DNA from: Eledone cirrhosa
Taxonomy: Eukaryota
DNA: 64,000 nucleotides
Direction: 5' to 3'
NCBI GenBank assembly: GCA_964016885.1
Contig: OZ024741.1
Span: 211,420,001 to 211,484,000, forward strand
The notes beneath the pieces were generated by a model, which ran no database searches, was not told the origin of the DNA, and saw only the letters and a list, made by a program, of their open reading frames with translations. Both the position numbers and the translations under genes were made by a program. Below, piece after piece: positions 27,165 through 42,244 of this stretch (position 1 is the first letter of the stretch; every line of letters starts with the position of its first letter).

Positions 27165-30100
27165 TAGATATATTTCTTTATTAGCCACAAGGGCACTCAA
27201 GAAAAGGGGACAATACAAAGACTTGCCGGGGATTTTACATACAGTCGTGTAAAAAATATAAAAACAAACAATTACAACAGTCGAAATACCCAATAGGGGA
27301 GGGGCGAGGCGCCACAAATGGGTTGTTTAATACCCCATCGATAGAACAATCCTCAACTCCAGGAGCGTATTGTGCAAGTGCTCCTTTCTTCCTTTTGCTC
27401 TCTTCTTCAACCTACAGGCTTATAAAAAGAGAAGGCTCAATCACTCGGGCCATTTTCGCTTCATTCAACCACCTTTCAGTAAATTTACTGGGGTGCAGTG
27501 CCTCTCTCTCCACCTTGATTCTCCTTCTAAAATGATACTTAAAGAAGGGAATGAGTTGTTGTCCGGAGAGAAAGGCATCTGTCCTTAGTCCTCTCAATCT
27601 CGTCCACCATATAACCTCTTTCACCATAGCCACTGCACAGAGGAAAACCGCCTCTCTTTCGTTTTTGAAATAGGCTGACGGTTTGATCCTTACTATGGAC
27701 TCGGCAGTCAACTGGATTTGTCCCATACGCGACAGCAGTTGTTCTGCATAGTTCCACAGGTCGGTTACGCCAGGGCAGTGTACAATTGCGTGCAGGACTG
27801 TTTCAATGTCCTCCGCGCATCTTGGACACGTCCTCTTGGAAGGAACTCTGCCGGTGTGTCCGTGCCTGTAGATCTTGTCACGAACCGGTAGAGCTCCTCG
27901 GTAGCATGGCCAGGCGAGGGGGTGCTGGAAGTTGTCCATAGGTCCCGGGCTGAAAGTCCTACCAAACAGACTGGTGAGCTCATCGTCTTCTACGCCCAGA
28001 GTCTCTCCGAGCACGTCGTTGCCTCTGCAACGTACAATCCCTCTATAGAATGTCGAAGTTGAGTCTGCACTGATGGCTGCGCCCGCTTGCCAGTGGACTG
28101 TGAGCGCCTGAGCGCATTCAATGTGCCAGGCGCCCATCGTTTGCGGTCTTTTCGTGACCCCGGACTGCAGCTCCGTCAGCGAGACGAGCTGTGGGAAAGA
28201 CTGTCTCACAAACGGTGCCCACACCGGTTGGGGTTCGGTGAGGAATACCTGGAGGTGCCGCAGCCTCAGCGCATGTTTACGCATCATCAGCCACGGCATT
28301 CCCAGCCCTCCGTTGGAACGGTGCTGACAGCAGACGGAACTCCTCACCAGCGGAGCCTGCTTCTTCCACAGAAACTGGAAGAGCATGCGTTCCGTCTTTT
28401 TGCGAGGTGTTCTCGGGGACAAGGCCCGACAGTCAAGCGGCAGTAGATGACGGACGCTATGAAAGTGTTCGCCACCTCCGCTCGACCTTTCAAGGACAGT
28501 TTTCACTCTGCCGACTTCTGGGTGAGTGCAAACACCTTGGCCGTGACCTCGTTCCAGTTTTTCTTCGCCTGGAGGTCTGGACCGAACCAGACCCCGAGCA
28601 ATTTCACCGGTCCGTCCGTCCAGCGTCCAACGTCGCTGCTGGACGTCATCGCTTTGCCTCTCCACGTACCGAGTTGCAATCCGACAGACTTGTCCGGGTT
28701 TAGTTTTGCTCCCGTCAGCGTTTCGTATTCTTTCAGTAAGTTGCCGATCACCCCGATTTCCGAGGTGCACGACATCATTACCGTCACGTCGTCTGCCGTC
28801 ACTGCCGCTTTGGACAGTCCTGGTTCTAGAGGGATGCCCTTCAACAGCTCCAATTTCCGCAGTAGTGGCTCTAGAGTCAATACATACAGAATGGAGGAGA
28901 GAGGGCATCCCTGTCGAATGGAACGCGTAATTGCGAACGGATCCGATAGATAGCCGTTCACCTTGACCCTCGAGCAGATGCTGGTGTGCATCGCCTCGAT
29001 CCATCCTCTGAACAAGGGACCGAAACCAGCCGCCTTGAGAACCGCTTCCAAGTATCGATGGTCGACGCTATCGAATGGCTTAGACTGATCCAAGTTGATC
29101 AGAGACCCACCGAAGCCGGGTTTACTACCCACCCTCTCTATAATGTATCGCATGAGGTGGAGGTTGTCGTGTATGTACCTGGTCGGGATTGCACACGTTT
29201 GCGCTTTCCATACCATGTCCTCGACGACAAGCGCCAACCTCGTCGCTAGCACCTTGGCCAAAATCTTGGCCTGAAGTTGTTAATTTCGTCCCCCTTGTTC
29301 TCGTCTTTCCTGTGTGCATTCGCGGACAGCTTAACATCTCCTTGTCTCTTTCTCTAATGAAGAACCTATCTATATACGATCTAGATGTCCCACTGTGGTT
29401 TGCCCACGTCCACTGTGGTGCAGTCGGGAAATCTAGTCGATACATATCGGCCAGTTGGAATTGGTCGATTAAAGTTTTGAGGCTGTTGGAACCCGCTCTA
29501 CTGGGACATGCTCCCACATAGTCCCATCGTGCATCTAGGATACCATTCCAGTCCCCCACTAATAGTAAGGAGCGAGACGTTCCCAGAAAAGACTCTAGAC
29601 GCTTAAAGAAGTCTGGCGGTGATTGCGATTGCCCGGTGGGGGCATAAACGGCCACCAGTCTGAAGGCTCCACCTCCAATACTGTTTACGTCTAGGACTAC
29701 CAGTCTACCCTCCGGGTCCAAGTGTACTTGCTGTACTTCGACGTCCAGGTTCTTCCGAAACATGACAGCCACACCACCTCCACCTCCTGGCTGACAGAGA
29801 GATGCGTAGATCTCAAAGTCGTCAAAGATGGGGGTTAGTTGCTGCCTGTTGTGGATCCTGGACTCGGTGATGGCTATCAGATCCATACTGTGTGACCTCC
29901 ATCAAACTATTGTTGTTTGTGTTTTTGTTGTGTTGTTTTAGTTTGTTGTTCGTCCGGGAGTTTTATTTTTATGGTGGGTGCTTGTGTTTGGGGTGGTGTT
30001 GGTGCTGGTTTTGCTGATAGGGGCATGTTTGACTGTGATGTTGTTTGTGTTGTTCTTTGTGTCTGTGGTTGTGTGTTGGTGTTGGTGATTGGAGTTTTGG

Positions 30101-31715
30101 GGATTTTGTGGTGTCTTTTTTTTGAGTTTTTTAGATTTCCGCGGTTCTCCCTCTTCTTCACTTAAAGAAGGAGAAGCAGCTTCATCCGTCGATGAATAAT
30201 CATCGTCAGGTGTGTGGGGTAGGGGTATGTTGTGTGGTGGTGGTGTTTCGGTGTGTGTATTTGTGGTAGTGTTTGTAGGAGTGGGATGGAGTGTGGCTGT
30301 GTTCTTCAGAGGTATTGTCTCTGTTTTTTTGTTGTTGTTGGTTGAGTGTCTGTTTGTTTTGGTGTGGTTGCTTGTTTCGTCTGTTGTTGTACTTGTGGTG
30401 GTGGTTGTTTCGGTGTTGGTGTTGGTAATAGTGTTTTTTTAATGATGTTGTTGCTGTGTGTTTGTGGACAAGAGGCTTTTAGGTGTGCTGTGCTATCACA
30501 GCGAATGCAATGAAATTTTCGTCCTTCTACCGAAATGTTTATTTTGTTGTTATTATCGATGACGACTCTTTCGGGTATTTTGGAGATTCTCTCCGGTTAC
30601 ATTTGCAACAGAATCTTCAAATCTGTAACAGCCCACCTTTGTCGAATAGATTTTCGTATCGAAAGAATCATATCAGTTTCTGGCTCTACGAAGCCAGCCA
30701 AGATCCACCAGATGTTAATGTTTGGGGTATGTTTTTATTTTTATTTTTTGTGTCCTTTTTCCCATGTATGTAGGGAAAAAGGTGTATGCTTTTGACACCA
30801 TTGGTGTCACAGAATGTTTTGGGGCGAGTGCCTCGCTTTTAAACTGTACGGAAACACTTCCATACTGTATTCCTCGCTGGAGAAAATCGATATTTGCTAG
30901 AATTTCCTTGAAAGTAGCTTCTATATCTGCTTGGCTAACAAATGTCGGCTTTCTTGAGGAATTTGACACAGTCCTAAAGGTGACTAATCTGTGAATTGTG
31001 TCTTCCATTATTTCAAGGGGTGAGTTAATTCTAAACCCACCTCTTTCTTCGAAAGTTACACATTTTCTCCCTTGCTGGAGCATATCTCTTGCGTTGGAGA
31101 TATCAAGATTTATAAAATCTTGTTTTTGTTCACTGTTTCAGCGAAAGACATTTATTTTTTTGTGTGGTGTTGCTGTTGTTTTTATTGTTATCGTTGTTAG
31201 CCTCGGTGTTGGAAATCTCAGTTCCTTGTCGAGGTGAAACATTATGTGTATATGTATCTGTAGAGTTGTTGATGTCTTTTTCATGTATATGTATGTTAAT
31301 GGGTTTAATTCCTATGTGTTATTGTTATTTTTCTCCGCTTTGACGGTAGAAATTTTAAAATCTTCAAGTGGTAATATGTTTTCCTCTTTGTTGACAGTCG
31401 TATCTATGGCGACGTCCATAGTAGCAGACGCAGATATACCGTTAATATCTGCCTCTTTCTCTCTCTTTTCTCTATTGACGTTCTCCAGCGTTCTTGTGTT
31501 GCTCAAGTTATTTAGTTTGTAAAATCTGATATTTTAAAACAATTATTAAAATAAAAATTTCGCCCCTACAGGGGCGAAAAATGGGATGCCACCCGGCTGA
31601 CAATTCAGCTTGGCGGTTAATCTACAAAATGTTATGTTTTTTCAAACAATTAGTTCGGTTTTTTGTATAGAAATTAACAAAAAAGCTTACCGGCGATATT
31701 CCACGCGTCAGACAA
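27165..31715 (-). mobile_element. Near full-length Tx1/L1-clade LINE: ORF1 (gag-like, CCHC knuckle) and ORF2 (APE endonuclease + RT), frameshifted, with an internal deletion near 29270
   Basis: CIRCDSTAHLKASC knuckle at ~30465-30510; IAITES, VYAP, GDWN, SRSYIDRF APE motifs; SIRQGCPLS and TADD RT motifs. Confidence 0.9.
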
Positions 31716-31737
31716 AAAGAAAGATAGATAGATAGAT

Positions 31738-32067
31738 ATGTTTCTTTATTAGCCACAGTGGCACAAAAGAAGGGGACAAATACAAAGGGGGAAGTTTACA
31801 TACAATAAAAACGTGTAAAATGTTATCACAAATGCAATTTAAAAAATTAGTCGATTTTCCCCAATAGGGGGAGACAGTTCATATGGGTAACACATACCCC
31901 AGAAAAAATGTGCAACCCTCATCTCCAGGAGTACGAAGAGTTTGTACTCCTTTTTCTCAACCTACAGGCTGATATAGAGAGAAGGCCCATTCACTCGGGC
32001 CGTTCTCGCCACTTTTACCCACCTTTCATAACACTTTCTGGGGTACAGCACCTCTCTCTCCATCCTG
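31738..32067 (-). mobile_element. Tx1/L1-clade LINE 3' fragment
   Basis: RMEREVL..ERWVKVARTARVNGPSLYISL; (TATC)n on both sides. Confidence 0.75.
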
Positions 32068-32349
32068 AGAGAGATAGATAGATAGATAGATAGGATATAT
32101 ATATATATATAGAGAGAGAGAGTGAGAGAGAGGAGGAGAGAGAGAGCGTGAGAGAGACGTGTATGTATTGAATGCATGTGTATTCCAGAGAGAATGTGAG
32201 TATGGATAAGTGTCGCTGTATATAAGTACGCACATGTCTCTCTCTCTCTATCTCTCTACATATATACTGTTATATACATACATATATATATGTGTGTTTG
32301 CATGTACGAACACACACATAAATATTGATAAACGCACACACACGCACAC

Positions 32350-32427
<78 letters not shown>

Positions 32428-32493
32428 ATATATATATGGACATACATATACAACGCAACGGTTCATGAATAGTACGTCTAATCAAAGGTAGGA

Positions 32494-33030
<537 letters not shown>

Positions 33031-33220
33031 ATTTATTAAATATAGAAAGCAACGGTTCATAGTTAGTAGGTCTAATCAAAGGTAGTAATATTTATAGCAG
33101 ACGCTTACAACAAGGTATCACGTGACAGGATTACCGCGGATAAATACTTAATGTACAGAGTAAAAGGAATTAGCGTGGCCTATAAATATTACATAGGTAT
33201 AATTTTACTGCTTTCTACCT

Positions 33221-33271
<51 letters not shown>

Positions 33272-33312
33272 CATACACACACACGCACACATTTAAATAT
33301 ACATATACATAC

Positions 33313-33343
<31 letters not shown>

Positions 33344-33358
33344 CATACACAAACACAT

Positions 33359-33418
<60 letters not shown>

Positions 33419-33421
<3 letters not shown>

Positions 33422-33610
33422 GGAACCAGTAAGACCCCGACAGCTGAGCTCAAGCCGTTTCGACGGCTAATTCCAGAATTAGCCGTCGAAACGGCTTGAG
33501 CTCAGCTGTCGGGGTCTTACTGGTTCCTATTACCCACTCTACTACCTCAAGTATTGAGTACTTTGGTGCGTTATGGTCCACCTGGTTCCTTACCACATTT
33601 CCTTCGTTAT
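33419..33610. mobile_element. Fold-back half-hammerhead module, family F (copy 3)
   Basis: Perfect 55-bp arms 33419-33473 and 33476-33530 with a 2-nt loop; GAAACGGC...GCTGTC; (TA)n flanks. Confidence 0.7.
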
Positions 33611-34219
33611 ATATATATATATATATATACATATATAGCTAATGACCAGTTAATTTTCTTGATGTTTTAGTTGTTTCTATTGACTGATGAATAGCTTATG
33701 TTAATTTTAACCCTTCTGTTGAGAACTCTATTCGATTTGTGATGTTTTTGCATTCTTGCAAAAATATACACAACTGAATTTATTCGCCTGATATAGGGGC
33801 TGCCTCCCTTGCCGATCCCCACGTGGAGTCAGCAATAATCACTCCTTGTATTAACATTGAACTAAAACCTGTTGAGAGAGTGGCTTCCTTGTTCAATCAA
33901 CTTACCAGAAGCCTGACATTATTTATGTAAGCGGATGGTACTTGATTTAGGAGCCGCAGAAACCCAAATACTGGATTTTACCAACCTTCCAGGGGTCCGG
34001 GTAAATTTATCAATACCCGAATTGCTTGATCGTTTTTTTTTACCATGCGAATGATTGTTTAACCTTCGTCTCAGTGTGTTTGGCATTTAACGTTTGTTAT
34101 ATATAACGTTTGTTCATTTGAATCATTGAGCACTTGCCACACATCTCGGAGGTTGTATTTCGTTATTTTGTGGGCCGAAATGCGAATCTCGATAATTTAT
34201 GTTTGTATATATATATATA

Positions 34220-34772
34220 TAAGATCAAAAGATGGTTAAAGGAGTTCCATGTATTTTATTATGCGCATTTCAAAAACAAACATCATCATGCAATAATATT
34301 TGTGTTTTCATCAGATAAAACAGGAGGACATGATATGAAGGCTAAAAAACACTTGTGGATAGTGCAGTTTTAAATCAACATATGAAAAGTAATTTTAGAT
34401 TGATGTGTGATATTGGGAAAAATATTTTATTTAGAGAGGGGGGGTGGAAAGGATGAAAAAAAGGGGAGGAGATGAGAGTGAAGGTGGAGAGGGAGAGATG
34501 GGTGATAGAGAGAAAGAGATAGTTTTTATAACTGAGAAAAGATATATTTTTTTACATAGAGAGGTTGAAAACCGTTGGAAGATAATGTATAAATTAAAAG
34601 AATTTGAAAATTAACGAAGGGAAAAATATGTACGAAGAAGGAGAGGGAGTTAATATGTGTTGAGATTAAAAAGTTTGATGATAGAGAGAAAAGAATAATG
34701 GATTGCGGATGAATATTCTAACGTCAAAAAAATCTGCATTGCTTTATTGTACTACAATAAAACTCACCTCCT

Positions 34773-34778
<6 letters not shown>
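34220..34778 (-). mobile_element. Short PLE copy (3' end of the 12698-15190 family)
   Basis: Reverse-complement homology to 14760-15190; same termini; (TA)n flanks. Confidence 0.8.
34252..34322 (-). ncRNA. Type I hammerhead ribozyme
   Basis: Minus strand TTTTAT-CTGATGA-helix II-GAAATGCGCAT-A-ATAAAA. Confidence 0.85.
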
Positions 34779-34858
<80 letters not shown>

Positions 34859-34929
34859 AGATTTATAGATAGATGGACAGTGATAGATATAAATAGGCAT
34901 ATACATACATATGTGTGTGTGTATACATA

Positions 34930-35000
<71 letters not shown>

Positions 35001-35029
35001 ACATATACATATATATGTAAGTATATATA

Positions 35030-35135
<106 letters not shown>

Positions 35136-35319
35136 ACTATGTGTATACATATATACACACACACACATATGTACGTGGATATATTTACTCTACTTTGTAA
35201 AAAACATACTTGTATATATTAAGGGAAAGTTCTGACCGAAATTCGTAATCATATATGCGTATACAATGTATGCCTTTATATAAAAAATATATATAGGTAT
35301 ATGCTTAGATATATATATG

Positions 35320-35358
<39 letters not shown>

Positions 35359-36849
35359 AGGAAGAAAAGTAAGATGGCTAGATAGTGATGTGTGGGAGGT
35401 TGTTAGTATATTCCGGTGTCTATATGTACATATATGTACATAACTGTGTGCGTGTGTAACCTATTTATAAATAAATGTTGTGTGTTTTCATTCCTACTTG
35501 ACATCAGTTTTAGCCAACTTTAGTGGAAGTGGCAGAGACAAATTCTTCATAATCCGGCACCTGAATAATATATTTTTTAAAAACCAATATTATTTCTGTA
35601 TCAGCCAACACATTTATCACCAGCTGATATAAACTGTTGTTTTTGGAATTCTTTAGCTCCAAGTGTCTCCTGGAGCCGCTTGCCTATCATCAAAGACATT
35701 CCAATAATGGCCATTCTGACCCTTTTTTTTTTATCCATGTATCATCTATTCAGTACTGTGAAGATGCATGGCATCCTGTTGGCGTGTTCGGCTCACGACC
35801 AGAAGTTTGTGACTACAATACCCGTCGTTCTGTCTCCGAGTAAAACACTATTTCCGTTACATCAGATCACTCAGCTGGGAAAAAATAAGTTCTACCTATG
35901 ATTCAAAATACCAGCTTTGGTGTACACTGTGCTACCCTAAAAATGAGCATTCCACAGACACACATTCTCTGTGGGATGCTCGGCCACTTGTTTTCTTTTT
36001 GAATCAATCGACAAGATCCCAGGCCTCATTCGTTTAACGACTACAGTGAAACTTTGTCAAATCAGACAAAGGAACTATGTTTTCTTTGGTCTTTCTATTG
36101 TGGATAACCAGTCGCAACACTTGTCAGAAAGAGCAACGTGAAATAAAGTGTCTTGCTCAAGAACATATAGCATCACCTGGTCTGGAAATCTATTTCACAC
36201 CTCAGGATTGGGAATCCAAATCTCAAACCACTAAACGATGCACCTTCACTAACATTTACACCACAACAAAAGATGGACTATAGGTGATATTAAAAGATCC
36301 ATTTTGTCACGCTGAGGTTTTCCGAGACCTAAGTTATGGGTGCATCTATCTGTAGAATGGGGTCGGGTTTGTGTATCATGAATGTTCCAAGCAGACAGTT
36401 GGGTTGATCAAACAACTGGAGCCCACATTGTCGGAAGGCGTTGCTCCAGCTACAATAACAACAACAACACCAACAACATATGTAGTTTTAGATAATTTTG
36501 TCGTTTTTAAACGGTATGATATGATATAAATGTAATTTAGCTCCTATTTCTGGAGGAGCAAGGGACCTTATAGAGATTCCCTGTAGGGCTAACAATAATT
36601 TGATATCTTGATGCGTTGCTTCGTATTTCATTAGCTATCGTCGGGTTTTCTACCCACTTTCCTTCAGACAGTATCAGGACTCTGAATCCCCGAAAATACA
36701 CCTTGAATCATTCTCCCCATCAATTCCTGTCGTAACAAAATATGTTGAAGACTTCTCGGAATTGGAAGGTTAGCACACTATAAATTGCTTCGATTTTTTT
36801 ACGATTTGGAGTCTAAAGAAAAGCTATATGCCTCAATATTATTAAACAT

Positions 36850-37475
36850 GTCATTAAACCTGACGGAGCCAATCACAGGATTGAGGTTTCAACACGGCCG
36901 ATTGCTTCCAGAGATTGAGAGACAGTGAGGGGGAACACACGAGAAAGACAAACGGCTGAAGAATCGATCCAATTACTGCACTACGACTTTCAAATTTTTC
37001 TATCTCAAATGAATGAAAGACAAGGTTGGCCCCGGCTTGAAGTGAACTCAGACAACGGAGACCCGGAAGGAGCAACAAACCATTCTATCCAACGTTATAA
37101 ACACTCTGCCAATTCACCGCCTTCAATTAATAAATAGACCTCTTTAGAGGAATTCGATAGACAAAATCCCAAACCTTATTCGATAACCGAGTGGAGTGGA
37201 ACTCATTAATTCGGACCGAGGAAACAATTCTTCCATTTGTATTTCCATCATACCGAGCGGGTTGGAACTCGCCAAATCGGATTAAGGAAACATGGCTTCC
37301 ATTGGTCTTTCCATTGCTGATATTATCCACTGGTCGCAACCCCTTGCAGAAAGGGCAGCATGAAATAAAGTTTCTTGCTCAAGGACATAACGCTCCACCC
37401 ATTTCAGAAATCGAACTCGCAACGTCACGATTGCCAATCCAATTCTCTAACCACTAAGTCACCCACCTCCACTGT
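36850..37475 (-). mobile_element. Old SINE A and SINE B copies
   Basis: Degenerate A/B boxes and core matches. Confidence 0.5.
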
Positions 37476-38889
37476 TTAAAAATCCGTACTAATATCTGAA
37501 CTATTAATATATAATTAACGTAACAGATATGTACATTTCATATTCACCAACTTTTATCTTAGATTGCCCAATTTCATTTATAGAGACTGATAATTCTATC
37601 AGTTTATCAGTGGGTATTTCCAAACTTAATCTGTGTAGATTGTTCAATTTGGTCTATGTGTATTGTCCACTTCTATCCGTGGATATTACCCAATGTTTAT
37701 CAATGGACACTTCTCAACTTGATCTGTGAACTTTTAAAAATTTGTTTCCAATTACCTTGTTTCGCACTCATATATACACACACACGCACACACACACCAA
37801 CACACACCAACACACCCACACCCACCCACATACACCCACACATACACACATACACACACACATATATATATATATGTTTATGTCTATGATTAGCAACACA
37901 TACGGGCATATATTCCTAACATATTTACGTTTATGTTTAAATCCCTTTATCGAATGCAGAGAGTAGAAACTATATTATCAATCGTATAAGAGAACAGATG
38001 GAAGAAAGTGTTTATACTTCTACTCGGTATAGCTTAGCTATTTGGATGAAAATAAAAACATATTTAATAATCCATCACATGTTTTCTATTCCAGAAACAT
38101 TGTTATTATAAATATCTATGCTGGAGAACAACAGACTTGAAATATATGATAGGATTGTTTCTGGAGACACTGGAGCGTAAAGAAAATAGGATATTAAAAC
38201 AAACTTGAGGAACACCAATATTTCTAAAATGTCACCTATTCATATTATTTGTCGTCTGTTATTTCTTCCTCTGGACATTTTGCACGCTATGTTGCATTCA
38301 AATACATTTATACATTTATCAATATTAAAAATGGAAGCGGAACGTTATTGGTGGACATTATCTACATTAGTAAGCGCTCGTAGCTACCGAAAAACTTTTC
38401 TAAGATTTCAATTGTTGTTGTTGTAGTAGTAAGAAATGCCTGGAATTACACTAAAGCAATTATCACACATTTGCAAGCTGAGATTCATGTCTTTTGTTGC
38501 ACTGCTCCTTAAAAGAGTTATGGCTTCTTTCTGTATATTCGTTTTCATGCGGAAAATCCATCAGCAGTTTTAGAGGACATCTCTATTAAAGATATTAAGT
38601 GTTTATGACCGCTAGTGAAACCTGTGACTGGGTCCTTGGGGAGGGTTTTTGTGAGATACATGATGACATAATCAGCTCATAGGTCTATACACTTTATACC
38701 TCATTTCGCACATCATATACAGTTTGATGACAGTGCACATAACTGGATTTAAGCGCTCACACGCATATGTATACACGCAGACATATATACATAAACACAC
38801 ACACACATACATACATACACACATACATCCATGCACACATACACACACAAATACATACACATAAGTGTGATAAGTGTGAGCGTGCCTGC

Positions 38890-38926
<37 letters not shown>

Positions 38927-39128
38927 CATATATATACATACACACACAAACACACACACATATATATACATATACATAAATGTACACATATATATACATG
39001 CATACATATATATATATATTTGCACATATATACATACATATATATATATACACACACAAAGACACACACACATATATATATACATAAATGTGCACATATA
39101 TATACTTGCATACATATGTATATATATT

Positions 39129-39165
<37 letters not shown>

Positions 39166-39249
39166 ATATATATTTGCACATAAATACATACAAATCCATA
39201 TATATATATATATATAAAATAAATAAATATATATATATATATATATATG

Positions 39250-39492
<243 letters not shown>

Positions 39493-39795
39493 GCATCTGT
39501 GTGCATGTATATGTGTATGCATGGCCGTACATGTGTATTGGAGTGTGTTAAGTGAACATGGGTGTAGGTAGAGTAGGGAAGGCTGTGTCTCTGAGAAGTA
39601 GGCAATAGTTATTAGATTAAAGAGATGTGTTAAGGTGGAAGTCGTTGATATATAGTCTAAAGACAATTCCTCAGAAATCTTACAGCGTCACATCCCTAGA
39701 ATACTTAGCATCCCTTGAGCTTTTATTTTGGCACTGAAGGGTTATTAATGTACCTTCTCTTACTATATATATATGTGTGTATTTGTGTTTGTGTA

Positions 39796-39829
<34 letters not shown>

Positions 39830-39839
39830 GATATATATT

Positions 39840-39906
<67 letters not shown>

Positions 39907-40049
39907 ACATATATGTATATACAAATGTGTGTCTATATGTATATAAATATATATATATATATATATTCACACACACACACATATAAATATAAATATATAT
40001 ATACTCCATATATATATATATACTCACATATATATATATATATATATGT

Positions 40050-40109
<60 letters not shown>

Positions 40110-40734
40110 TCACATATATATATATATATACACACACGCATATATATATATGTATGTGTATGAGTTTGTCTGTTTGACAATGTATCTGCATGTATTGTGT
40201 CTATATGTGTGTTTGTCTGTGTGTATGTGTGTTTGACAATGTATCTACATGTATTGTATGTATATATATGAGTGTGTGTGTGTGTGTTTGATAATATATC
40301 TGCATGTATTGTGTGTGTATGTGGTCCCTTCATAATTATTCGAGCGTTAAAGAGGAATATTTGTAAAGACATTACCTAATATATTTATTTCTTCCTCTGT
40401 TTTTCATCTTATCTCAACTTCATCTCATCTGACAACAAATTCTTGCCCTGTCCTCCACCCACCCCGCCATCGAATATATCTACGGACCATACTTACAACA
40501 ATAGTATAACAAGTAATAAAAATACATAACATCGCCATCACCTTCTACTCCCACCTCACTGGACCTTCATGTCACTTTAAGATCAAATCTAAACAGTTTT
40601 GTTTTGTTATGTTCATTTGAGGATAACCCATTTGACACGTTCTCTGTTAAGGTAACGTATTCGCTATCCACTCCGTCGAGACAACGAAGCCATGGTTTGC
40701 AAAAGAAATTGGTTAAGGAATTCGCTTTGTAATA

Positions 40735-41170
40735 AGTGTTTCTACTTTTGGCACAAGGCGAGCAATTAACCCGGTGTATTACTGGTACTTTATTTTATCG
40801 ACCCCGTAAGGATGAAAGGCAAAATTGGACTGTAAATTCTACAAACACGATAACAATGAAGGGGAGATGTTAATTTGCAGTTCTTTATGGTCCCTAGATT
40901 TCACATTATGTCCTGCCGTATCTCCCTAGCAATTACGTTAAGGATATGAATAGCTGTGGAATGATCAGCCATTTACAATTGATTGTTTCTACTTTTGGCA
41001 CAAGGCCAGCAATTATACCAGTGTATTACTGGTACTTTATTTTATCGACACCGTAAGGATGAAAGGCAAAGTTAACCTCGGCGGGATTTGAACTCAGAAT
41101 TGCAAGGGTCGTAACTCTATGCTGCAAAGCATGGCGTCCGACCCTCTACCGATACTGCCAATCCACCGCC
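40735..41170 (-). mobile_element. SINE family A copies (one partial, one full)
   Basis: Consensus match. Confidence 0.75.
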
Positions 41171-41536
41171 TAATTCGCTTTGTAATAATAACATTCCGCG
41201 TTCCATCCTATTGCGTGGCATCTTAGGCGAGAGTCATTTATCATAGCTTTCGATCAGTTCTTGCATTGTGAGTGGAACTGAGTAGATAATACCTGTTTCG
41301 AAGCCCGTCAGATGGACAGTACCAGTAATTCAAAGGGGATAGGCTTGCCACAAAATGTGTCGCACTGAATCCTCTTGTAAATCTGTTACACGTGTTTGTG
41401 CTATTCTCAGAGACTTATACGTAAAGATTTCCCGTGTAGGTTGTTGCGTTGATCGAAAAACACTCATCGTCGAAACCGAAGGAGATCCCTCGAGATGCTC
41501 AGACACTTACATGTAAACATTTCTGAATCATGCTGT

Positions 41537-41787
41537 GTGTGTGACAGCTCACACCTATGCAAGTGTAGCTGGCATCTTCCAAGGTATATCTCGTAGGATG
41601 TGTATTGCGTGATTTAATGATAGGGACCCCAGTCCTATTATCTCATTTCTACAGCTGAGTAAACTGGAGCAACGTGAAATAAAGTGTCTTGCTCAAGGAA
41701 ACAACACATCACCCGGTCCGAGAATTGAACTCACAACCTTTCGATTGGAAGTCCAATGCTCTAACCACTAAGCCATGCGCCTTCACC
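41537..41787 (-). mobile_element. SINE family B with 12-bp TSD
   Basis: TSD GAATCATGCTGT at 41525-41536 and 41788-41799; A and B boxes. Confidence 0.85.
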
Positions 41788-42244
41788 GAATCATGCTGTA
41801 GCGTTGATAGAACAACTTGAACACTCATCGTCGATATCGAAAAAGATCCCTCGAGCTGTGATAATATTCCTATTTAACTTTCACTTCATGTCGACATTAA
41901 ATTAATTTTCAAAGGAATTATATTTCCACCGCCTTCTCACACTGTAATAATCTCCAAAACATATCATCCTTACTGAAAACTGTATAAAACCCACAAAAGA
42001 CATTTTGTTTGGTTCTTCCATTAAGTATTTATCAAACTGATCCATCATCTTCACTACTACGAAGATCGTACAAGATGAAACAACATTGAAAATAAAACAC
42101 CTTTGATAAATTGTTTGATAATAGTTGTAAATTGAAAATGGTAAACGAGAAAATGATATCCTAACATTTACTAGGAGCTCCCCATAAAGTTATCACAAAC
42201 ATTATCGTGTACATAATAATAATTATTATTTCATAATGATAATA

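Noticed and set aside
33640-34200. Possible minus-strand PLE ORF remnant (NRVLNRRVKINISYSS)
   Set aside because: Only one weak peptide similarity; too decayed to call
41730-41787. tRNA genes
   Set aside because: A/B-box heads continue into SINE bodies with tails and TSDs; no complete cloverleaf
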